This document shows positions 34,988 through 43,747 of a stretch of 64,000 nucleotides of DNA, piece by piece. Below the pieces are notes generated by a model. The model was not told the DNA's origin. It did not search any database and saw only the letters and a list, made by a program, of their open reading frames with translations. The position numbers were made by a program, and so were the translations under genes. Numbering within the stretch: the first letter of the stretch is position 1; each line of letters opens with the position of its first letter. The stretch covers positions 250,815-314,814 of the IMG/VR virus record IMGVR_UViG_3300046692_000091, one strand, 5' to 3'.

Positions 34988-36320
34988 GTACTTCATGAAA
35001 GGTCTAGAACTAGGCCTTCATAAGAAACGACAATGGATGAACTGTTTGTTCTCAGTGGTGTACAACATCAACGAGTTCGAGCACCACTACGACTATCGAC
35101 TTTATAAGGACGAACAAGGTTTATTCTTTTTCGTTCCTGGTTCCAAAGATCAGAAGGATTATATCGAAGGTTGGAAAGAAGACGTAGCGCTGCTGCACTT
35201 CCGGGACGAGTTCATCCTACAACCCAATGAGCTAATCAACTATAAAGGGCAGGGGCCACTAAAGACCTGTTATGGTAACGTATTCGTTAACCACCTGTGT
35301 CTGATTCTACCGTTCGGTGATATCTTCGAATTCCAAGACGGGTTGTTTAACCTGGGTAAGCTGGAAGCCGAGATCCTGAAACGAATGATCGATGATCCAC
35401 CGGGTAACGAAGATCCCACTATTCGTGCCACTGACGGTAAGTTGTACGTTAGTCAGTACTTGATGTTCTCGGAACACATCCTGACTCTTCCAGCTTATTC
35501 CGACGGCTTGGTTACAGCTACGACTAAGAAGTCCCTAATGGCTTCTCCTGATCGTAACCGCGTACGCGATGCTTGGATTGCACAGAACCCTGATCGACTA
35601 ACTGACCCTGCCGCAGTAGCCGAACTCAGTAACGTACTGAAGAAGCTCGATGACGAATATCTATCCGGTGATGAATCGGAAGAGTTCTATCGTTCTAAGA
35701 AGAAGCTCGAAGGTGCACGTAAGAAAGTACATTACATGTTCGGTGCTGAATCTGCATTCTCTGATGGCACTAAAGTAGAGCTGATTGCTAAGTCGTTGGA
35801 AGAAGGCATTGACATGGATAAACTTCCGGTCATGTTTAACTCTCTACGAGCTGGTTCTTATAACCGTGGCAAACAAACAGCATTGGGTGGTGAATCGACT
35901 AAAACGATTTATCGGATGGTTGGTACTGCACGAATCGTTGAACACGACTGCAATACCCATATCGGTGTTCCTACTACGTTGTATCCATTCATTGCTAAAG
36001 ACCTTGTTGGTTATGGCATGGTTAAGGATGGGAAGACCACAGTACTTACGCCTGAGTTGATTCATCAGCTTATGTTTAAGACTGTCGATATCCGTGGCCC
36101 AATGTCTTGTAAGACTGGTCGTGATGTAGACAAAGGGATTCTCGGTAAAGGTAAGAACGTTTGCGCTGTATGTGCTGGTTCTGCTTTGGCTGAAAACCCT
36201 AACGGTATTCCTGCAGCTGCTGCTGGGGTAGGTGGACGATTCCTCTCCCTCTTTCTTGCAAAAATGCATGCCACGGTACTCCGGACCGTACAGTGGGATA
36301 TGCAAACTCGCATCACCTAA
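34974..36320 (+). CDS. Virion RNA polymerase beta' subunit, C-terminal part (phiKZ gp80-like)
   Basis: Bridge-helix-like RAGSYNRGKQTALGGE, IVEHDC, IRGPMSC...VCAVCAG (Zn), FLAKMH. Confidence 0.85.
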   Translation: MQIREYFMKGLELGLHKKRQWMNCLFSVVYNINEFEHHYDYRLYKDEQGLFFFVPGSKDQKDYIEGWKEDVALLHFRDEFILQPNELINYKGQGPLKTCYGNVFVNHLCLILPFGDIFEFQDGLFNLGKLEAEILKRMIDDPPGNEDPTIRATDGKLYVSQYLMFSEHILTLPAYSDGLVTATTKKSLMASPDRNRVRDAWIAQNPDRLTDPAAVAELSNVLKKLDDEYLSGDESEEFYRSKKKLEGARKKVHYMFGAESAFSDGTKVELIAKSLEEGIDMDKLPVMFNSLRAGSYNRGKQTALGGESTKTIYRMVGTARIVEHDCNTHIGVPTTLYPFIAKDLVGYGMVKDGKTTVLTPELIHQLMFKTVDIRGPMSCKTGRDVDKGILGKGKNVCAVCAGSALAENPNGIPAAAAGVGGRFLSLFLAKMHATVLRTVQWDMQTRIT

Positions 36321-36326
36321 ATAAAA

Positions 36327-36346
36327 GGGGACTTCGGTCCCCTATG
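36327..36346 (+). terminator. Hairpin directly followed by TATG
   Basis: GGGGAC-TTCG-GTCCCC-TATG. Confidence 0.6.
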
Positions 36347-36375
36347 CTCTGATCTATAATCGATGAGGCTTTACA

Positions 36376-37713
36376 ATGAGCAAGAACATCAAGCGGCAAG
36401 CATTTCAAACTCAACCACTAGTGAAACCAGCCATGCCCTTACCAGTAACAGAACATGTCGATCCAACCACTCTCCCAACTGTTGATACCAGTGCAGTTGC
36501 AGATATAATGGAACAAGCACTGCCGGAACTTACTTCCGAGGAAACCAAATATGAAACTACCGAAGCGGCGCCAGGGGGTGATGACTCACTCGCAGTGGAA
36601 CAAACCGATAGTGGAAGCAGTGAAACGCCGGCGGAGCCAGAGTTCGACTACGCTGGGTTCCGACTCTCCCATGGAATCCCTGATACTTGGACAGATGAAC
36701 ACATCGACGGATGGATCGTCGCAGGTGGAAATGTCGTAGAGCATACCGAACGTGGTAGTATCGTAGTCGACGTTACTCGTAAAGAACGCGAGATCTCTAC
36801 TTGGGGCGTTGATGAAATCCTCGATGCCTTCGAAGGTAAACTGAATGGCGTAGACGAAGGTCAATACGGTGCACTGGCAAAAGCTTATCGCCAACTGGCT
36901 CCAGTAGATGCAGCTTGGTCTGTTCGTGATCTTATCGACTTCCTCACCCAAGGTCTGGAACCATCGAAGACTACTAACGGTGCTTGGAAACAAGACGTTA
37001 CTCGTGCACGTCGCCCTGCTCAAGATTGGACTACCCAAGAACTGGTAGCCTGGGCACTCGGTGAGATCCGTGCAGTTGGTGAAGCTACGGATCAGAAGAT
37101 CGCTATCGAGATGAACAAGCGTCTGGATCTGTGTTCCCAATCGAACAAGCCAGAAGATATCATCCGTACTTACCGGAAAATGCAGAGCAATTCTGTGAAG
37201 GTCGTGGGTGTACAACCTACTGCACCTACCCCACAGGCTACGCTTCCAGAAGCAGAGCCACAAACAGAAACACCAATCCCACAAGGGCTGAATGCAATGA
37301 ATGTAGCATACCTGAAAACACAAACTGAACGTTACCTGAAAGCCTGTGCACCTAACACCCCGATTACTCCTGAGATCGGTGCTACTGAACAACGTCAACT
37401 GGACAACCTGTTCCGCTATATCCTGAAACTGGATGACCCAGCTGGATTCTGTGGAGCAATGGGTTACTTCCGTGACTTCTATGCCAAGCATCGTGATGGT
37501 TTGTTTGAACCGACCTACGCTAGTCGTTACACTGGTTCGCTCCGTACCGAAGGCGACCTGCAAGAAACACACATCAATCTGCTGGCTATTTTCCACGTCT
37601 ATACCGACTTGAACAAAGCTGCACGCAAACAGATCGATCTCCCATTCCTACTGCGTAAGTTTCCATCTGATCGTCAAGCCTGGCTGCTGGAATTCTTCCA
37701 ACGGTATTGCTAA
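36376..37713 (+). CDS. Conserved hypothetical protein with Trp-containing helical repeats (phiKZ gp81 position)
   Basis: 445 aa, GAGG SD; four W(T/S/G)xx(E/D)(I/L) units. Confidence 0.8.
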   Translation: MSKNIKRQAFQTQPLVKPAMPLPVTEHVDPTTLPTVDTSAVADIMEQALPELTSEETKYETTEAAPGGDDSLAVEQTDSGSSETPAEPEFDYAGFRLSHGIPDTWTDEHIDGWIVAGGNVVEHTERGSIVVDVTRKEREISTWGVDEILDAFEGKLNGVDEGQYGALAKAYRQLAPVDAAWSVRDLIDFLTQGLEPSKTTNGAWKQDVTRARRPAQDWTTQELVAWALGEIRAVGEATDQKIAIEMNKRLDLCSQSNKPEDIIRTYRKMQSNSVKVVGVQPTAPTPQATLPEAEPQTETPIPQGLNAMNVAYLKTQTERYLKACAPNTPITPEIGATEQRQLDNLFRYILKLDDPAGFCGAMGYFRDFYAKHRDGLFEPTYASRYTGSLRTEGDLQETHINLLAIFHVYTDLNKAARKQIDLPFLLRKFPSDRQAWLLEFFQRYC

Positions 37714-37748
37714 CATAAGTGCCTGCCTTTGGGGCAGGCTTTATGCCG
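37714..37748 (+). terminator. CATAA-hairpin-TTTATGCCG element
   Basis: GCCTGCC...GGCAGGC stem at 37721-37739. Confidence 0.65.
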
Positions 37749-37783
37749 TTATCTTTTGTATATGAATAATAAATGAGGCAGAT

Positions 37784-39022
37784 ATGTTCGAACTTCTCTT
37801 ATCAACGATGTACCTTATCGAAGAAGAGGATGACCACACTTTACCATTTCCCGAAGGGACTCCATATAAAGGAGTGGTGCAGTCAAAGAATTTCATTAAT
37901 GGTACATCCTTAGCATCTCGATTAGATTTGATTGAAGGTATGCCTATTAATAATGACTGTGGTTGGCTTCACTTCGTTGAGGATAATGGATACAACATTT
38001 ATATCGCTAAGAAACCACTGCGATATAATGTCACATGGAATGGAATCAATGCTGCACAAACAGGTAAAGAACTTACCATTGACGGTAAGACATTCGTGGT
38101 TGAATTCATGTCTGGCATGAAAACCAATGGGTTAAGTGCTGTCCCTGCTAACGCTGGTGGTGCCTGGAACAGATACATTTACAATCTTTACGCCGGTGAG
38201 CGTGCAGCTGAATTACCTGTCTCTCGATTGAACTGGGGATCATACACCGAAACAATGTTAGGTGTTCCTCTAGAGTCTTTAGGAAGTGTTCCCAGGGCAT
38301 CCTTTAGCTTGGTTAAAGAATCTGTAGCACAGGGTGGTTATGCTACCCGTGGTGTCAGTTATGTTAACGCGAGTGTCCCTAACGTGATGGGTGTTTGGTA
38401 TGGTATTCCGACTGATCCAGGTGAGCATTACGCATGGCGTCCAATGCTGGTAGAAAAGGGAACTGTTCCCCCTGCACCAGTGACACCATTCAAAGGTGAA
38501 ATCACTCAGGCTGACTTCATCACGTTCGATGCATTGGCTACAGCGGTAGGCATCACAACGGGTAACCCACTCAATATAACAGCCCCATGGTTGAAGATTG
38601 TTGAGAACGGTAAAACGTTCTATTGGCCTAAAGCTTCTATTCGTGGCAGTGTATTACGTGAAACACTTAATGATAGTAATTTGGTAACTGGTGATACAAC
38701 AACAGTTATTGGCGGACTCACTTACAAGGTGCGTCTGATTACCGGTCGAGCTACATCAGAATCTGGTGACATCGGCGGTGAGTGGTTGGATTGGATGACT
38801 AACCTAACTAATGGAGAATGGGCATTCTATACTCCAGCAGATTTCGTTACAGGTACAGGTGGTACTGGTAACGGCGAACTTGTCTTGGTACAAGAACTGC
38901 ATGCTAATGGTAGTTGGGCAACTAACGGCTATCCTAACTTGTTAGACTCTGGTTGGTATCAAGCAGCTAACGCTACCCATGATGGTTATGGCTGGCGTCC
39001 AGTATTGGAACTCGTTCCATAA
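37784..39022 (+). CDS. Probable virion structural protein with two tandem copies of a WRP-ending domain
   Basis: 412 aa; TP(Y/F)KG...GG(A/E)W...WRP(M/V)L occurs twice; late TATG and GAGG SD upstream. Confidence 0.7.
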   Translation: MFELLLSTMYLIEEEDDHTLPFPEGTPYKGVVQSKNFINGTSLASRLDLIEGMPINNDCGWLHFVEDNGYNIYIAKKPLRYNVTWNGINAAQTGKELTIDGKTFVVEFMSGMKTNGLSAVPANAGGAWNRYIYNLYAGERAAELPVSRLNWGSYTETMLGVPLESLGSVPRASFSLVKESVAQGGYATRGVSYVNASVPNVMGVWYGIPTDPGEHYAWRPMLVEKGTVPPAPVTPFKGEITQADFITFDALATAVGITTGNPLNITAPWLKIVENGKTFYWPKASIRGSVLRETLNDSNLVTGDTTTVIGGLTYKVRLITGRATSESGDIGGEWLDWMTNLTNGEWAFYTPADFVTGTGGTGNGELVLVQELHANGSWATNGYPNLLDSGWYQAANATHDGYGWRPVLELVP

Positions 39023-39058
39023 CGGCATAAACGGCTTCCCTGAGGGGAAGCCAATATG
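39023..39058. terminator. Bidirectional hairpin (CGGCATA...AATATG type)
   Basis: GGCTTCCC-TGAG-GGGAAGCC; nearly identical to 45069-45104. Confidence 0.75.
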
Positions 39059-39063
39059 TTGTC

Positions 39064-39366
39064 TCAGTACTTGACGTCCATTTTAAGGATGTGTTTCTTC
39101 AGTGCAGGGCAATAGATGTCAACGTAATAAATATCTACGTCTACAGTGATCTCCATGTTGCCATGTAGACACGGCGCATGAATTGTAATCGCCCCGGTAG
39201 TCTGCAGGGACATCTCACATTCCCGGTTATACAACTTATAACTGTTGTATAGTTCTTTTGCTTTCTCACGAGAGTGATAGACAACAGCACATGAACTATG
39301 TCCATCCCAACCTACATGAGAAGCAAAGTCTAACAGACCACCGAACTCTACATCAAAATCTTTCAT
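39064..39366 (-). CDS. Hypothetical protein
   Basis: 100 aa, overlaps the upstream gene stop, ends at the hairpin. Confidence 0.65.
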   Translation of the reverse strand: MKDFDVEFGGLLDFASHVGWDGHSSCAVVYHSREKAKELYNSYKLYNRECEMSLQTTGAITIHAPCLHGNMEITVDVDIYYVDIYCPALKKHILKMDVKY

Positions 39367-39733
39367 TTAGTAACTCACAAAGGGCGCGTGCTTGTGATAT
39401 ATCAGTGGAGGCAAACTTATCAGACAACGTGTAGTCCATTAATGCGCAAGCTTCTGAGAGCTCACGCATGAGGTCCGGATTAAGATCCGCCCAGATGGTC
39501 CATAGCTTCTTGTATTCGCCCCATGTGTCAATAGACTTGTCCACAGGGGGCTTTCCTTTACCTAGCTTCCAATCACTGGAGCCAGGGGCTATTCCTTTCA
39601 CGTCACATTGATAATGTGCTTCGATGGTGCGTCCATCTGGCATAAGAGCGAACATCGCAGAGTACCGCTTATCTCCTTGCGATGAACACTCATACCCATC
39701 ATACCGCTTCCACTGATACAGTCTTCTTTTCAA
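39353..39733 (-). CDS. Hypothetical phage protein (YECSSxGDKRYSA...DGRTIE.HYQ.DVKG family)
   Basis: Motif common in large phages; probable TTG start inside the polymerase 3' end, start uncertain. Confidence 0.65.
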   Translation of the reverse strand: MKRRLYQWKRYDGYECSSQGDKRYSAMFALMPDGRTIEAHYQCDVKGIAPGSSDWKLGKGKPPVDKSIDTWGEYKKLWTIWADLNPDLMRELSEACALMDYTLSDKFASTDISQARALCELLNERF

Positions 39734-41654
39734 CAGGTACCGATGCTGCAATAGCTTGATCCAGAGTTGGTTCAGCCATACCGATGTCTTGCATGAATGC
39801 CAACAGCATTGTATCCAAACGAGGAGCTGACATGATCTTCTGTGTAATCTCAACACAGTTGACTCGACCAGCTGTCAAGTTAACACCAGCTTCACGACGC
39901 CACAGTTCCGACACACCTTGAATCGCTGAGAATTCCATTACCGTGGTTTCACGTGCAATGTTCAGAATCTGCGATACGTTAGGATAAGTCGATACGATGT
40001 CCAAGTCAGCTACGTGAACGTAAATCAGCGTGTGGTAGTTTGGTAGATCCTTAACACACTTAATACCGTGTTGCCCTGCCATAAACGAAGGCAGTGTAAT
40101 AATCCAGTCTCTATGCGATACCACATACTGGTCGAGTTCATGAACCATCTGATCTGAAGACGAACCGATTACTTGGCCACGTTTCAAATACCAGAAGTGC
40201 ATGTCATCGACAAGACGCTTAGGGTTAGATGCGAAGTTCTTATAATCCGAAGACTTCGAGAACAAAGTAATCGAACGACCTAAGTCATTGATCTTCTCGT
40301 CCAGTTGTTCCAGACGCATGCTGTCGATGATGTTGTAAAGACCATATTTGATCTTGTGCTTGGTTTGCATCTCACGGTGCCATTCGATACCGTTGAGGTT
40401 AGCCACTGCCTCGAACTCCAGCTTACCAAAGTCAACCTTCAAACAAACAACATCACCAATCTTCGCTTCATCTAAAGTGTGAGCTCGCTCATCATTAATG
40501 AACCAGTGTGGAAATGAACCCGGTGTCTCATTCAGTTTCTTCTCACACTTCTTCAAGAATGCTAAAAGATCACCTTCTTTCTTCAGCTCGGTTTCTTCAT
40601 TAACACTAAGCTCTTTACCCAAGATGTAGTTCAGGGCATATGAAGCTTCTTTACCCTTCGCCAAACGCGTTACACGATACGTTGACATCGAGTCGATACA
40701 TTGGAACGTAGCTGGAGCTGTAATCCAATGCCATTGATCCTGAGGGCCACGAGACTTCGATACACCCGAAGCCGTAGTCATCATTGCAGCATCTTTCTTG
40801 AAATGGAAATGACGATAGTTCTTTGGTACGTCAGCATCCGAAAATACATCTTTCGGATCGATACCGTAATCATCCAGTGCTTTCAGAATTCGAGTCATGT
40901 CGAACTCCATGTTCCAGAAAGCAAAGAAATCAGGCTTCCATTCATGCAGTCGTTTAAAACACTGAATCACAATATCAGCTGGAGTCTTAACAACTTCAAC
41001 TTCAATCTTGAGATTACGGCCATGCATCAAAGCTTTCAGCTCTGGGATAGATTCCATCTCACGGTAAGTCTCACCCACCGGATCAGCAATATCATGAACC
41101 CAGTCACCTAGATAAGCCAGATACACATTCTCTTTATGTGTAACAGACATACAGATGATCTGACCATCCTTATCGGATTCGTACACGTTAGTTTCGATGT
41201 CACCACCGGCTACCGAGTTACGAGAGATCAGACCTGGATAACGTTGCTGATAATCATTCTTTAAGCAGCATGATGAACTAACGTCAGAACCGTACAGGTA
41301 TGGACTACGTGATAGGTTACGCAGACGTGGATTAGGGCCTTGTGAATAGTCCCCTAACGTCTTAGCGATATTACGTGCTAAGTTTACCTGAGTCGACTTA
41401 TAACGCTGTAGGTTCTCAAGTACCTCATAATCTTTCTTCTCGGTATGGTTACGACGACCCTTCTGAGTAACAAAGTAAGTACGTTCATAATCCTCCCACT
41501 TCACCAGACGACTAAAATTCTTGCCGCCCTTTAAATGAATTACTTCTTTAACAAAGTGAGCATCATGTTGTTTGCCGAACTGATCCGGTACGTACGTGAT
41601 GTGCTTTGCTTCACGCCCGATAACGTCTTCCGGATTAAACTCAATCGCCGACAT
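39699..41654 (-). CDS. Split family-B DNA polymerase, N-terminal half: 3'-5' exonuclease plus motif A (phiKZ gp82-like)
   Basis: ExoI GDIET, ExoII WNMEFD, ExoIII YNIID, motif A ADLDIVSTYP; ATG 41654 with AAGGAG SD. Confidence 0.9.
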   Translation of the reverse strand: MSAIEFNPEDVIGREAKHITYVPDQFGKQHDAHFVKEVIHLKGGKNFSRLVKWEDYERTYFVTQKGRRNHTEKKDYEVLENLQRYKSTQVNLARNIAKTLGDYSQGPNPRLRNLSRSPYLYGSDVSSSCCLKNDYQQRYPGLISRNSVAGGDIETNVYESDKDGQIICMSVTHKENVYLAYLGDWVHDIADPVGETYREMESIPELKALMHGRNLKIEVEVVKTPADIVIQCFKRLHEWKPDFFAFWNMEFDMTRILKALDDYGIDPKDVFSDADVPKNYRHFHFKKDAAMMTTASGVSKSRGPQDQWHWITAPATFQCIDSMSTYRVTRLAKGKEASYALNYILGKELSVNEETELKKEGDLLAFLKKCEKKLNETPGSFPHWFINDERAHTLDEAKIGDVVCLKVDFGKLEFEAVANLNGIEWHREMQTKHKIKYGLYNIIDSMRLEQLDEKINDLGRSITLFSKSSDYKNFASNPKRLVDDMHFWYLKRGQVIGSSSDQMVHELDQYVVSHRDWIITLPSFMAGQHGIKCVKDLPNYHTLIYVHVADLDIVSTYPNVSQILNIARETTVMEFSAIQGVSELWRREAGVNLTAGRVNCVEITQKIMSAPRLDTMLLAFMQDIGMAEPTLDQAIAASVPVEKKTVSVEAV

Positions 41655-41757
41655 TAGATACTCCTTGAATATGGGTTGAACACGTAGGATTAGGAACGCG
41701 AGTATTTCCTCCAAAGCCTTATCTTTATGATTAATCAACCACCCATGGAAGCGCACC

Positions 41758-42993
41758 ATGTTAAGACAAGTAACAATCGCGAATGAGGCCATCTCCGTAG
41801 ATGTGTCCCGCGAGCTGGGCAAAATGATCCTTGCCCAAGTAAAAGAAATGCAGGAAGAATACGGTCGCTCCAGATCGTTCTCCGGCAAAGATGCAATCGG
41901 TAAACTGAATGACATTATCAACTCGACAGGTATGAAATTTAACCTACGTGTTACCAGTGACAATTTCCTGAATGCAATGTTGATCGTACCGGCCTTTGAA
42001 GGTCATCGTGGTACAGGCTTTACAACACGTGGCCCGTATACCGCATTGATTGCTGGCGGCCTACAAGAATTCATTAAGATGGATTTGGAGAAGTTACAGT
42101 TCTCGGGTAAGATGATCGATGATCACCCAATGGATCTGTATGTAACAGGTGCATGCTTCGATATTAACCGCGCAACTGCCGAAGAGACTACTGGTCTGCT
42201 ATTGCATGAGATCGGCCACAGCATCGACGTATGGGCTACACTGGGCGACTATATCTATCTCAACTACATGTTGACTGAGGGTATTGATGTACTGCTGGGT
42301 AATAAGCGTAACGTACAGAAACTAGAGATCCTCGATCAGAACTGGTTAGAGAAGAATCTTGATCCTGTAGAACGTGATGCCTTTATTAACCACCGTACTG
42401 TAGATGGTGCACGTCGTGCTATTATCTCAGCTTGGAAGAAAGCCCCACGCGGTTATCTGTTCGAGAACAACATGGCCTCTCACAAACGTGATGAGCAATT
42501 CGCTGACTGGTTTGCTGCACGTATGGGCTTTGCTCGTGCGCTAGTTACACTCAACTACAAAGCAGATAAAGAAGGTCAGTGCAATGCCCTGCGGAAAAGT
42601 TTGGTATCTGTTAACGTTGCGCATCTAGCAACGATGGTTGTCTTCTTACCATTCACCATTCTCTGGATGTTGATGGTGGGTGAAACCACCGAACTTGATT
42701 ATGGCGCTCGTTATGATTCGCCATTTGATCGTCCTAACCGACTACGTCTGGAATTGATTGCACAACTTAAGTCGATCAAAGATACTTCGCTACATGCAGG
42801 TATCATGCGTGACATCGAGATCATTGATGACATCCTGAAACAGTATAACAAAGATCGTACGCTGATGGATTTTATGGCTGACCTATCGTCACCAGTAAGA
42901 CGCCGTGAGAAAGATCAACTGCGCCATGAACAGAATTTAGAATCGCTACTCAACAATGATTTGTTTGTAGCTGCCAAACGTTTCAACTCTTAA
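41758..42993 (+). CDS. Head-region protein with HExxH zincin / M48-like peptidase motifs (phiKZ gp83 position)
   Basis: LLHEIGH (aa 150), DEQFADWFAARMG (aa 246), one hydrophobic helix. Confidence 0.7.
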   Translation: MLRQVTIANEAISVDVSRELGKMILAQVKEMQEEYGRSRSFSGKDAIGKLNDIINSTGMKFNLRVTSDNFLNAMLIVPAFEGHRGTGFTTRGPYTALIAGGLQEFIKMDLEKLQFSGKMIDDHPMDLYVTGACFDINRATAEETTGLLLHEIGHSIDVWATLGDYIYLNYMLTEGIDVLLGNKRNVQKLEILDQNWLEKNLDPVERDAFINHRTVDGARRAIISAWKKAPRGYLFENNMASHKRDEQFADWFAARMGFARALVTLNYKADKEGQCNALRKSLVSVNVAHLATMVVFLPFTILWMLMVGETTELDYGARYDSPFDRPNRLRLELIAQLKSIKDTSLHAGIMRDIEIIDDILKQYNKDRTLMDFMADLSSPVRRREKDQLRHEQNLESLLNNDLFVAAKRFNS

Positions 42994-43004
42994 GGTAAAA
43001 GACA

Positions 43005-43445
43005 ATGAGAACTGGTTTCCTTATCGCGCGCATCATGAAAGAACTGAGCGCACCATCCAACAACGATCGTCTGGCCCGTGCCATGTTCGTTGCCTCCGCT
43101 GTTGGTTATCACGTGCCACTGTGCATGGATAAAACTGCAGCCGAATGTGCCGACTCGCACATGAAAACTTTCCGTGACATCTGTGGTTCTGTAAATGAGA
43201 ACCTGGCACTGGACACCAAGAAAGCACAAGACATTTTCCGTGAAGTTATCCGTATCCGTTTTGAACTGGTTAATGGTGTAATCGATCCGGCCATCGTTCA
43301 AGCTGCACTGTGCTCTAGCTCCGCTGAAGATGGTCTGACTCGTCAAGAGTTCGCCATGTCCGAGTGGTTGTCTTCGCGTCCAGACTTTATCCGTTGCCAA
43401 CTCGAAATTGCTGACGTGCTGAAACAGTCTACCGCTGAGGATTGA
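43005..43445 (+). CDS. Conserved virion protein (phiKZ gp84 position)
   Basis: 146 aa, AAGG SD, phage codon bias. Confidence 0.75.
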   Translation: MRTGFLIARIMKELSAPSNNDRLARAMFVASAVGYHVPLCMDKTAAECADSHMKTFRDICGSVNENLALDTKKAQDIFREVIRIRFELVNGVIDPAIVQAALCSSSAEDGLTRQEFAMSEWLSSRPDFIRCQLEIADVLKQSTAED

Positions 43446-43747
43446 TGATGGTTGTCGCAAACGGAATCCCTCGCATTAATAAAGCACATGCTGAGGCACT
43501 AATTGTTGATGAACATGTTCGCTACATTAGTGAGACACGTACAACGATTTGTTCAGTCCGTTTGATAAACGAACAGACAGTCACTGAGTTCGCTACTTGT
43601 GGTGTGGACCAAACATTCGACCCCATTAAGGGTCGAACTATTGCCCGCAAGAAAGTACTGAACGAAATCATCAAACACGAACACTACCTATTACGGCAAC
43701 GTCTCTACGAAGCCAAGAAGGAAAAAGAAAATGGATCAAGAACTTGA
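43445..43747 (+). CDS. Gp49/Sf6-gp66 family protein (PF13876-like), candidate Acb4-type cyclic-nucleotide sponge
   Basis: PRI...H.EALIVDEH, TTIC.V.L.N, C....FD...GR.IAR and EHYLLRQRLYE follow the family pattern as recalled; coupled via TGATG. Confidence 0.65.
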   Translation: MMVVANGIPRINKAHAEALIVDEHVRYISETRTTICSVRLINEQTVTEFATCGVDQTFDPIKGRTIARKKVLNEIIKHEHYLLRQRLYEAKKEKENGSRT

